This document shows positions 14,501 through 20,518 of a stretch of 37,290 nucleotides of DNA, one piece after another. Within the stretch, counting starts at the first letter, position 1. Every line of letters begins with the position of its first letter. The stretch is taken from IMG/VR virus record IMGVR_UViG_3300028394_000043. One strand, 5' to 3'. This stretch comes from a virus (lineage: Duplodnaviria > Heunggongvirae > Uroviricota > Caudoviricetes). The notes under the pieces were generated by a model. It made no database searches and had not been told where the DNA came from. It saw nothing but the letters and a program-made list of their open reading frames with translations. The position numbers and the translations under genes were made by a program.

Positions 14501-17500
14501 TACAGGAACAAGTGGTACATCAGGAATAAATGGGACAAACGGTACCTCAGGTACAAGTGGAACTGCGGGTACGTCAGGTACAACAGGAACTTCAGGAACA
14601 AGCGGGACTTCAGGTACAAGTGGAACTTCAGGAACAAGCGGGACTTCAGGTACAAGTGGAACTACAGGTACTTCGGGTACGACAGGAACATCAGGAACTT
14701 CTGGTACAAGCGGGACTTCGGGTACAAGCGGAACAACGGGTACATCAGGCACTAGCGGTACATCAGGAACTTCAGGTGTTAATGGTACATCAGGAACAAG
14801 TGGAACATCAGGAGTTAATGGAACAAATGGTACAAGCGGTACTTCGGGAACAAGCGGTACAACAGGTACTAGTGGAACGACAGGTACAAGCGGGACTTCA
14901 GGTACAAGTGGTTCAACAGGAACTAGCGGTACATCGGGAACGTCAGGAACTAGCGGTACAAGCGGTACTTCAGGAACTACAGGAACATCGGGAACTACAG
15001 GAACATCGGGAACTAGTGGTACAAGTGGTACTACAGGAACTTCAGGGACAAGTGGTTCAACAGGTACAAGTGGAACATCAGGTGTTAATGGAACTAATGG
15101 TACAAGCGGAACTAGTGGAACAACAGGTACTTCAGGAACTGCCGGTACAAGTGGAACGACAGGAACTAGCGGTACATCAGGTTCAACAGGAACATCGGGA
15201 ACTAGCGGAACAACAGGTACTTCGGGTACGACAGGAACATCAGGAACTACAGGAACTAGCGGTACTACAGGTACAAGCGGAACTACAGGAACTAGTGGTA
15301 CTTCAGGTACATCAGGGGTTAATGGAACAAACGGTACATCGGGAACTTCAGGTACATCAGGAATAAATGGAACTAACGGTACATCGGGTACGACCGGGAC
15401 ATCAGGAACAAGTGGAACATCAGGTACTTCGGGGACTACAGGTACTAGTGGAACATCAGGAACAAGCGGAACATCGGGTACTTCGGGAGTTAATGGGACT
15501 AATGGTACATCAGGTACGAGCGGTTCTTCAGGAACTACCGGAACATCAGGAACTACGGGAACAAGTGGTACTTCAGGTACATCAGGAACTAGTGGAACTT
15601 CAGGTTCAACAGGAACTAGCGGAACTGCGGGTACAAGTGGTACTTCAGGAATAAATGGAACTAATGGTACTTCGGGAACTAGTGGAACATCGGGAACAAC
15701 AGGTACGAGCGGAACTTCAGGTTCAACAGGAACAAGCGGTACTTCGGGAGTTAATGGAACTAATGGTACATCAGGTACTTCAGGTACAAGTGGAACGTCA
15801 GGTGTAAATGGTACAAGCGGAACTACAGGTACAAGTGGTACTTCAGGAATAAATGGGACAAACGGTACTTCAGGTACTACGGGGACAAGCGGTACGTCAG
15901 GTGTTAATGGTACAAATGGTACAAGTGGAACATCAGGAACATCAGGAACATCAGGTACAACCGGAACTAGTGGAACATCGGGTACTTCAGGTACAAGCGG
16001 AACTACAGGTACAAGCGGAACATCGGGTACTAGCGGAACATCGGGAATAAATGGAACTAACGGTACCTCAGGTACAAGTGGTTCTTCAGGAACATCAGGA
16101 ACCAGAGGTACATCGGGTACAAGTGGAACAACAGGAACTAGTGGTACATCGGGGACTTCAGGTGTAAATGGTTTATCAGGAGTAAATGGTACTTCAGGAA
16201 CTGCGGGGACAAGCGGTACATCAGGAACTACGGGGACTAGTGGTACAACGGGTACATCAGGAACGAGTGGAACTTCAGGGGTTAACGGTACTTCAGGGAC
16301 TAGCGGTACCACAGGTACTTCAGGAACTTCAGGTGTTAACGGTACAAGCGGTACTGCGGGAACAAGCGGAACTACAGGTACGAGTGGTACTTCAGGTACT
16401 ACGGGGACAAGCGGTACTTCCGGTACAAGTGGAACAACAGGTACTAGTGGAACGACAGGTACAAGCGGGACTTCAGGAACATCGGGAACTACAGGAACAT
16501 CGGGAACTAGTGGGACTACAGGTACTTCAGGGACTAGTGGAACTACAGGTACTTCAGGAACAACAGGAACTAGTGGAACTTCAGGTGTTAATGGAACTAA
16601 TGGTACTTCAGGTACTAGTGGAACGACAGGAACTAGCGGTACATCAGGTACTAGTGGTACGACAGGTACATCAGGTACAAGCGGAACAACAGGAACTTCA
16701 GGTACATCAGGAACATCAGGAATAAATGGTACAAGCGGAACATCAGGAGCTAATGGTGTAGATGGTGCTGTAGGTCCAACAGGAGCGTCAGGAACAAATG
16801 GAACAAGCGGAACAACAGGTACAAGCGGAACTAGTGGTACATCAGGAACATCGGGCACTTCAGGTACAAGCGGTACTTCAGGAATAAATGGAACTTCGGG
16901 GACTACAGGTACAAGTGGAACAACAGGTACATCGGGTACTACAGGAACATCAGGTACAACAGGAACATCGGGAACTAGTGGAACTAGCGGTACAACCGGA
17001 ACATCAGGGACAAGTGGAACTGCGGGGACTTCGGGAGTTAATGGTACATCAGGAACTAGTGGTACTTCGGGAACTGCCGGTACAACCGGAACATCAGGGA
17101 CTTCGGGTACGACAGGTACATCAGGGACAAGTGGTACATCAGGGACTTCAGGTGTTAATGGAACTAATGGTACTTCAGGTACTACGGGTACAAGCGGAAC
17201 ATCAGGTTCAACAGGTACTAGTGGAACGACAGGTACATCGGGTACGAGTGGAACTAGCGGTACTACAGGTACTTCAGGAACTTCAGGAGTTAATGGTACA
17301 TCGGGGACTTCAGGTACTGCGGGTACGAGTGGAACTACAGGAACTAGTGGTACTTCGGGTACATCCGGAACTACAGGAACTTCAGGTACATCAGGAACAA
17401 CAGGAACTAGCGGTACTTCAGGTATTAACGGTACAAGTGGAACAACGGGAACTTCAGGTACTACAGGAACTAGCGGTACTTCAGGTGTTAATGGAACTAA

Positions 17501-20500
17501 TGGTACAAGCGGTACTTCAGGGACAACAGGAACTAGCGGTACTACAGGTACTTCAGGAACTTCAGGAGTTAATGGTACAAGCGGAACAACAGGAACATCA
17601 GGTACTAGTGGAACTTCTGGAGTAAATGGGACTAGCGGTACCTCAGGTACGAGTGGAACAACAGGAACAAGTGGTACATCAGGTACAACCGGAACATCAG
17701 GTACTACAGGAACATCAGGAACTGCGGGTACAAGCGGTACATCAGGAGTTAATGGCACGAGTGGAACAACAGGTACATCGGGAACTAGTGGAACAACGGG
17801 AACATCAGGGACTGCCGGTACAAGTGGAACTGCGGGTACAAGTGGAACAACGGGTACTTCAGGTACAAGCGGTACTTCAGGAATAAATGGAACTTCGGGG
17901 ACTACAGGTACATCGGGTACTACAGGAACATCAGGAACATCGGGAACTAGTGGAACTAGCGGTACAACCGGAACATCGGGAACTACAGGGACATCAGGGA
18001 CAAGTGGAACTGCGGGGACTTCTGGTGTAAATGGAACTAACGGTACTTCAGGAACAACAGGTACAAGTGGAACTGCGGGGACTTCGGGAGTTAATGGTAC
18101 ATCAGGAACTAGTGGTACTTCAGGTACAACAGGAACATCCGGAACATCGGGTACATCCGGTACTTCAGGTGTAAATGGTACAAGCGGAACAACGGGTACA
18201 TCAGGTACAAGCGGTACAAGCGGAACTTCAGGTGTAAATGGTACAAGCGGAACAACGGGAACATCCGGTACTTCAGGTTCAACGGGTACTTCAGGTACAA
18301 GCGGTACTTCAGGAATAAATGGAACTTCGGGGACTACAGGTACATCAGGGACAAGTGGAACTGCGGGGACTTCGGGAGTTAATGGTACATCAGGAACAAC
18401 AGGAACTAGTGGAACGTCAGGTACAAGTGGAACTTCAGGAATAAATGGAACGTCAGGTGTTAACGGTACTAATGGTACAAGTGGAACAACCGGAACTAGT
18501 GGTACTTCGGGAGTTAATGGAACCTCAGGAACAACAGGAACTAGTGGAACTTCAGGAACTACAGGTACAAGCGGAACTTCAGGTACTAGTGGAACATCGG
18601 GTACAACAGGAACAAGTGGTACTTCAGGTGTTAATGGAACTAGCGGAACAACGGGTACATCGGGTACAACAGGAACAAGCGGAACTTCAGGAGTTAATGG
18701 AACATCAGGAACAACAGGAACATCGGGTACAACAGGAACAAGCGGAACTTCAGGAGTTAATGGAACATCGGGAACAACAGGAACTAGTGGAACTTCAGGC
18801 GTAAATGGTACAAGCGGAACAACAGGTACAAGCGGAACAACAGGTACATCCGGAACAACAGGAACTAGTGGTACTTCAGGTGTAAATGGTACAAGCGGTA
18901 CGACAGGAACATCGGGAACAACAGGAACATCGGGTACAAGGGGTACTTCGGGAACAAGTGGAACGACAGGAACTAGTGGAACAACAGGTACAAGCGGTAC
19001 GACAGGAACATCAGGTACAAGTGGAACTTCAGGTATTAACGGTACAAGCGGTACGACAGGAACATCAGGTACAAGTGGAACTTCAGGTATTAACGGTACA
19101 AGCGGTACGACAGGAACATCAGGAACAACAGGTACAAGTGGAACTTCAGGAATAAATGGAACATCAGGAACAACAGGTACAAGTGGAACTTCAGGAATAA
19201 ATGGAACATCAGGAACAACAGGTACAAGTGGAACGTCAGGTGTAAATGGTACAAGTGGTACTTCAGGTGCAAATGGTATTGATGGTGTTGCTGGTGCGGG
19301 AGGTACGAATGGAACATCGGGCACTTCAGGTATTAATGGTGCTAACGGTACAAGTGGAACTTCAGGAACTAGCGGAACTGCAGGAACATCCGGTACTTCA
19401 GGTACAAGAGGTACAAGTGGAACTAGCGGTACAACAGGAACATCGGGTACTTCAGGTATAAATGGTACATCAGGCACAAGTGGTACTTCAGGTATAAATG
19501 GTACTTCAGGAACTAGCGGTACAACAGGAACATCGGGTACTTCAGGAACAAGTGGTACAACAGGAACATCGGGTACAACAGGAACGTCAGGTACAAGAGG
19601 TACAAGTGGAACTAGCGGAACAACAGGTACATCCGGAACAACAGGAACATCGGGAACAACAGGTACATCCGGAACAACAGGAACATCGGGAACATCGGGG
19701 GTATCAAATTCAAACGCAACTGCGGTATCGGTTACTAACGCAAATACAACAGCGTCAACATTTTATCCGGTCTTTGTAACAACAGATGGTTCCTCACAAA
19801 CTTTATATGTTGATAAAGAATCTACAGCGGCAACATCTTTATCGTATAACCCAAATACCGCATATTTATATGTTGGGTTAGGAATTTCCTCGTCAGCTGT
19901 CCTAACAGGGTCATTTGGGTTTAACATTGGTATTTATTCACAAATAGGTGGATTAGCACCTGGTTTAACCACAGACGGTGTTTCAGGGTTATTATTAGGT
20001 GATGTTAATGCTGGTGGTGCCTCAACAGCATTTATTGGTCCAACATATGTTGATAATGCTGAGTTAACTTCGGGAGGTTTAAAATTTAATGAAAGAACAA
20101 CATATAAACAACCAACATCAAACATTGGTTATGGTGACACTGTTTATTATGGTAGTTCAGGTGGAGCTTTAACTGCAGGACTTATTTATTATTTAAACAC
20201 GGCAGGTGCTTGGACTATTGCAAACTCAAACGTTGTTTCATCATCTAAATATATGTTAGGTATTGCATTAGGAACATCAATATCTAACGGTATGTTAGTT
20301 AGAGGTTATGCTAAATTTGCGGTTGGTAATTACGCTTCAGTAACTATTGGTCAAATACTTTATTTAGGAACAACAAATGGGTATTTCCAATCAACCGCAC
20401 CGGCATCAACAGCTCAGGTAGTTAGGGTTGTTGGATATTGTGTGGACGCAACAAATGACATTATTTATTTCTGTCCTGACAATACTTGGGTTGAAATAGC

Positions 20501-20504
20501 TTAA
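2586..20504 (+). CDS. Giant collagen-like (Gly-Thr-Ser)n fibre protein, 5972 aa
   Basis: ~223-aa non-repetitive N-domain, Gly-X-Y repeat at aa 224-5707, ~265-aa beta-rich C-domain. Third codon positions vary while the protein repeat is conserved, showing this is the coding frame. Confidence 0.92.
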   Translation: MSNLNYKNPLSPLIANGSQTSLRTSTFGTTFSVLNTGGFMEVYTLNDLIYNIPIGSYGDIEFSGNTIPIQLWKGTGSSFSFDTLTLNSDNISSGRRRLGMLVYVYETNQIYQYSIDNYNTLWSDALGASGPGGNTVVVSDFGTTIKNNTPEGQTFINTWIDSTIEGVNGVTRPNARWRILATSSTDIYVTGGTYFSSSTTLDLYRNDGVTVSITGFTSGGGGTGTSGTSGTSGTSGIDGTSGTSGIDGTSGTSGIDGTSGTSGIDGTSGTSGIDGTSGTSGTSGTSGIDGTSGTSGTSGTAGTSGIDGTSGTSGTSGTSGIDGSSGTSGIDGSSGTSGIDGSSGTSGLSGIDGIDGTSGTSGTSGTSGTSGTSGTGGTSGTAGTSGTSGTSGTTGTSGTSGTSGTSGTSGTTGTSGTAGTSGTSGIDGTSGTSGIDGTSGTSGIDGTSGTSGLSGIDGLDGTSGTSGTSGTTGTSGTSGTTGTSGTSGTTGTSGTSGSTGTSGTSGTSGTTGTSGTSGTTGTSGTSGTTGTSGTSGTAGTSGTSGTTGTSGTSGTSGTSGTSGIDGTSGTSGTAGTSGTSGTSGIDGTSGTSGIDGTSGTSGIDGTSGTSGIDGTSGTSGLSGIDGLDGTSGTSGTSGTTGTSGTSGTSGTSGTSGTSGTSGTTGTSGTSGTAGTSGTSGTSGTTGTSGTAGTSGTSGTSGTSGSSGTSGTSGTSGTSGTSGTSGTSGTSGTSGTSGTSGTSGTTGTSGTSGTSGTSGTSGTSGTSGTTGTSGTSGTSGIDGTSGTSGTSGTSGTSGTSGTSGTSGTSGTSGTSGTSGTTGTSGTSGTAGTSGTSGVNGTSGTSGTSGIDGTSGTSGIDGTSGTSGTSGIDGTSGTSGIDGTSGTSGIDGTSGTSGTSGTSGLSGVDGIDGTSGTSGTTGTSGTSGTSGTSGTSGTTGTSGTSGTAGTSGTSGTTGTSGTTGTSGTSGTSGTSGTSGTTGTSGTSGTSGTSGTSGTSGVNGTSGTSGIDGTSGTSGIDGTSGTSGTTGTSGTSGTAGTTGTSGTSGTSGTAGTSGTSGTSGTSGTAGTSGTSGTSGTSGSSGTSGTSGTSGTTGTSGTAGTSGTSGSSGTSGTSGTSGTSGTSGVNGLSGVNGTSGTSGIDGTSGTSGTSGSTGTSGTSGTSGTSGTSGTTGTSGTSGTSGTSGTSGTSGTAGTSGTSGSTGTSGTSGTSGIDGTSGTSGTSGTSGTAGTSGTSGTTGTSGTSGTAGTSGTSGTSGTAGTSGTSGTSGIDGTSGTSGIDGTSGTSGIDGTSGTSGLSGVDGMDGTSGTSGTSGTSGTSGTSGTSGTSGTSGTSGTSGSSGTSGTSGTSGTSGTSGTTGTSGTSGTSGTAGTSGTSGTSGTSGTSGSTGTSGTSGTTGTSGTSGTSGTTGTSGTSGSTGTSGTSGTTGTSGTSGTSGSAGTSGTTGTSGTSGINGTNGTSGTSGTTGTSGTTGTSGTSGTTGTSGTSGTSGTTGTSGTSGVNGLSGVNGTSGTSGTTGTSGTSGTTGTSGTAGTTGTSGTSGSSGINGTNGTSGTAGTSGTSGTAGTSGTSGTSGTTGTSGTSGTSGTSGTSGSSGTTGTSGTAGTSGTSGTSGTSGTSGTSGTSGTSGTAGTSGTAGTSGTTGTSGTSGSTGTSGTSGINGTNGTSGTTGTSGTSGINGTNGTSGTSGTTGTSGTSGINGTNGTSGTAGTSGTSGTSGTAGTSGSTGTSGTAGTSGTTGTSGTSGTSGTSGTTGTSGTSGTSGTSGVNGLSGVNGTSGTAGTSGTSGTSGTSGINGTNGTSGTTGTSGTSGTSGTSGTSGTTGTSGTSGTSGTTGTSGTAGTTGTSGTSGTSGTSGTSGTSGTSGTSGTSGTTGTSGTSGTSGTSGTSGTSGTSGTTGTSGTSGTSGTAGTSGTTGTSGTAGTTGTSGTSGTAGTSGTTGTSGSTGTSGTSGVNGTNGTSGTTGTSGTSGTTGTSGTSGSTGTSGTAGTSGSTGTSGTSGTSGTTGTSGTSGTTGTSGTSGTAGTSGTSGTSGINGTNGTTGTSGTSGTTGTSGTSGTTGTSGTTGTSGTSGTSGTTGTSGTSGTSGTTGTSGTSGSTGTSGTAGTSGTSGTTGTSGTSGTTGTSGTAGTSGTTGTSGTSGTTGTSGTSGINGTNGTSGTSGTTGTSGTSGTTGTSGTSGTSGTSGTSGTSGVNGLSGVNGTSGTAGTSGTSGTTGTSGTSGTTGTSGTSGTSGTSGTSGTSGTAGTSGTSGTAGTSGTSGTSGTSGSTGTSGTSGTSGTTGTSGTSGVNGTNGTSGTSGTSGSTGTSGTTGTSGTTGTSGTSGVNGTNGTSGTTGTSGTSGTSGTSGTTGTSGTSGTSGTSGTAGTSGTSGTTGTSGTSGTSGINGTNGTSGTSGTSGTAGTSGTTGTSGTSGTTGTSGTSGTAGTSGTSGTSGTSGVNGTNGTSGTSGTSGTSGTSGTTGTSGTSGTAGTTGTSGTSGSSGINGTNGTSGTTGTSGTSGINGTNGTSGTTGTSGTSGTSGTSGTTGTSGTSGVNGTNGTSGTTGTSGTTGTSGTSGTTGTSGTSGTSGTTGTSGTTGTSGTTGTSGTSGTSGSTGTSGTSGSTGTSGTSGTSGTSGTSGTSGTSGTSGTSGTSGTTGTSGTSGTSGTSGVNGLSGVNGTSGTSGTSGTSGTTGTSGTTGTSGTTGTSGTSGTSGSTGTTGTSGTSGINGTNGTSGTTGTSGTSGTSGTAGTSGTSGTSGTTGTSGTSGVNGTNGTSGTTGTSGTSGTTGTSGTSGTSGTSGTTGTSGTTGTSGTSGTTGTSGTSGTTGTSGTSGTSGVNGTNGTSGTTGTSGTSGINGTNGTSGTSGTTGTSGTSGSTGTSGTSGTTGTSGTSGTAGTSGTSGTAGTSGTSGTSGTSGTTGTSGTTGTSGTSGTTGTSGTTGTSGTSGTTGTSGTSGTSGTSGTSGTSGTSGANGVDGAVGPTGASGTNGTTGTSGTSGTSGTSGTSGINGTNGTSGTSGTSGTTGTSGTSGSTGTSGTTGTSGTSGTSGSTGTSGTSGTSGTSGTSGTTGTSGTAGTSGTSGINGTNGTSGTTGTSGTSGSMGTSGTSGTSGTSGSTGTSGTSGTSGTSGVNGTNGTSGTSGTTGTSGTTGTSGTAGTSGTSGINGTNGTSGTTGTSGTTGTSGTSGTTGTSGTTGTSGTSGTTGTSGTSGTTGTSGTSGSTGTSGTTGTSGTSGSTGTSGTTGTSGTSGSTGTSGTSGVNGTNGTSGTTGTSGTSGTTGTSGTSGTSGTSGTSGSTGTSGTSGTSGTAGTSGINGTNGTSGTSGTAGTSGTTGTSGTTGTSGTSGTTGTSGTSGINGTNGTTGTSGTAGTSGTTGTSGTSGTTGTSGTSGTSGTSGTTGTSGTTGTSGTSGVNGTNGTSGTSGSSGTSGTSGANGVDGAVGPTGASGTNGTSGTSGTTGTSGTTGTSGTSGTTGTSGTSGTTGTSGTTGTSGTSGINGTSGTSGTSGTAGTSGTTGTSGTSGTTGTSGTSGTTGTSGTSGVNGTNGTSGTSGTSGTTGTNGTSGTSGTSGTTGTSGTAGTSGTSGTSGTSGTTGTSGTTGTSGTAGTSGTSGTSGTSGTSGTTGTSGSTGTSGTSGTTGTSGTTGTSGTSGTSGVNGTNGTSGTSGTTGTSGTSGTSGTSGVNGTNGTSGTTGTSGTSGTTGTSGTSGTSGTAGTSGTSGTSGTSGINGTNGTSGTSGTSGTSGTTGTSGTSGSTGTSGTSGTAGTSGTSGINGTNGTSGTSGTSGTAGTSGTTGTSGTSGSTGTSGTSGTSGTSGINGTSGTTGTSGTSGVNGTSGTAGTSGTSGTTGTSGTTGTSGTSGVNGTNGTSGTSGTTGTSGTSGTSGTSGVNGTSGTTGTSGTTGTSGTSGTSGTSGTSGTTGTSGTSGTTGTSGTSGTSGANGVDGAVGPTGASGTNGTSGTTGTSGTSGTTGTSGTSGINGTNGTSGTTGTSGTSGINGTNGTSGTSGTAGTSGTTGTSGTSGTSGTSGTSGTSGTSGTSGTTGTSGTTGTSGTSGTSGTSGTSGTTGTSGTSGTSGTSGVNGTSGTSGTSGVNGTNGTSGTSGTSGTTGTSGTTGTSGTSGTSGSTGTSGTSGTSGTSGTSGTSGTTGTSGTTGTSGTSGTSGTTGTSGTSGSTGTSGTSGVNGTNGTSGTSGTTGTSGTAGTSGTTGTSGTSGSTGTSGTSGTTGTSGTTGTSGTTGTSGTTGTSGTTGTSGTSGTSGVNGTNGTSGTSGTSGINGTNGTSGTTGTSGTSGTSGTSGTTGTSGTSGTSGTSGTSGVNGTNGTSGTSGSSGTTGTSGTTGTSGTSGTSGTSGTSGSTGTSGTAGTSGTSGINGTNGTSGTSGTSGTTGTSGTSGSTGTSGTSGVNGTNGTSGTSGTSGTSGVNGTSGTTGTSGTSGINGTNGTSGTTGTSGTSGVNGTNGTSGTSGTSGTSGTTGTSGTSGTSGTSGTTGTSGTSGTSGTSGINGTNGTSGTSGSSGTSGTRGTSGTSGTTGTSGTSGTSGVNGLSGVNGTSGTAGTSGTSGTTGTSGTTGTSGTSGTSGVNGTSGTSGTTGTSGTSGVNGTSGTAGTSGTTGTSGTSGTTGTSGTSGTSGTTGTSGTTGTSGTSGTSGTTGTSGTSGTTGTSGTSGTTGTSGTTGTSGTSGVNGTNGTSGTSGTTGTSGTSGTSGTTGTSGTSGTTGTSGTSGTSGINGTSGTSGANGVDGAVGPTGASGTNGTSGTTGTSGTSGTSGTSGTSGTSGTSGINGTSGTTGTSGTTGTSGTTGTSGTTGTSGTSGTSGTTGTSGTSGTAGTSGVNGTSGTSGTSGTAGTTGTSGTSGTTGTSGTSGTSGTSGVNGTNGTSGTTGTSGTSGSTGTSGTTGTSGTSGTSGTTGTSGTSGVNGTSGTSGTAGTSGTTGTSGTSGTSGTTGTSGTSGTTGTSGTSGINGTSGTTGTSGTTGTSGTSGVNGTNGTSGTSGTTGTSGTTGTSGTSGVNGTSGTTGTSGTSGTSGVNGTSGTSGTSGTTGTSGTSGTTGTSGTTGTSGTAGTSGTSGVNGTSGTTGTSGTSGTTGTSGTAGTSGTAGTSGTTGTSGTSGTSGINGTSGTTGTSGTTGTSGTSGTSGTSGTTGTSGTTGTSGTSGTAGTSGVNGTNGTSGTTGTSGTAGTSGVNGTSGTSGTSGTTGTSGTSGTSGTSGVNGTSGTTGTSGTSGTSGTSGVNGTSGTTGTSGTSGSTGTSGTSGTSGINGTSGTTGTSGTSGTAGTSGVNGTSGTTGTSGTSGTSGTSGINGTSGVNGTNGTSGTTGTSGTSGVNGTSGTTGTSGTSGTTGTSGTSGTSGTSGTTGTSGTSGVNGTSGTTGTSGTTGTSGTSGVNGTSGTTGTSGTTGTSGTSGVNGTSGTTGTSGTSGVNGTSGTTGTSGTTGTSGTTGTSGTSGVNGTSGTTGTSGTTGTSGTRGTSGTSGTTGTSGTTGTSGTTGTSGTSGTSGINGTSGTTGTSGTSGTSGINGTSGTTGTSGTTGTSGTSGINGTSGTTGTSGTSGINGTSGTTGTSGTSGVNGTSGTSGANGIDGVAGAGGTNGTSGTSGINGANGTSGTSGTSGTAGTSGTSGTRGTSGTSGTTGTSGTSGINGTSGTSGTSGINGTSGTSGTTGTSGTSGTSGTTGTSGTTGTSGTRGTSGTSGTTGTSGTTGTSGTTGTSGTTGTSGTSGVSNSNATAVSVTNANTTASTFYPVFVTTDGSSQTLYVDKESTAATSLSYNPNTAYLYVGLGISSSAVLTGSFGFNIGIYSQIGGLAPGLTTDGVSGLLLGDVNAGGASTAFIGPTYVDNAELTSGGLKFNERTTYKQPTSNIGYGDTVYYGSSGGALTAGLIYYLNTAGAWTIANSNVVSSSKYMLGIALGTSISNGMLVRGYAKFAVGNYASVTIGQILYLGTTNGYFQSTAPASTAQVVRVVGYCVDATNDIIYFCPDNTWVEIA
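3255..19706 (+). repeat. Degenerate 9-bp coding repeat GGN-ACN-(TCN/AGY/ACN), 16,452 nt = 1828 triplets
   Basis: First Gly codon at 3255; last triplet (GVS) ends at 19706. All 20 internal landmark Gly codons I checked lie a multiple of 9 nt from 3255. Confidence 0.95.
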
Positions 20505-20518
20505 TAAATTAAAATAAT

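Noticed and set aside
3164-19477. 5437-aa antisense ORF (P-D/E/L/V-V repeats)
   Set aside because: Automatic shadow: a stop in that frame needs a sense codon starting TA or CA (Tyr, His, Gln, stop), and the repeat contains none. It ends soon after the repeat does.
3255-19706. CRISPR array, satellite DNA, or DGR template/variable repeats
   Set aside because: No constant repeat with unique spacers, no cas or reverse transcriptase gene, and variation is concentrated at synonymous positions rather than adenines.
3808-19779. Dozens of short Q/E/V/L-rich and L/Y/H-rich ORFs in alternative frames
   Set aside because: Frame-shifted readings of the 9-bp repeat, broken at random by stops.
2586-20504. 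Ice-nucleation protein (InaZ) or secreted serine-rich adhesin
   Set aside because: Period is 3 with invariant Gly, not the 8/16/48-residue InaZ repeat; no signal peptide, LPXTG or T9SS-type tail evident.
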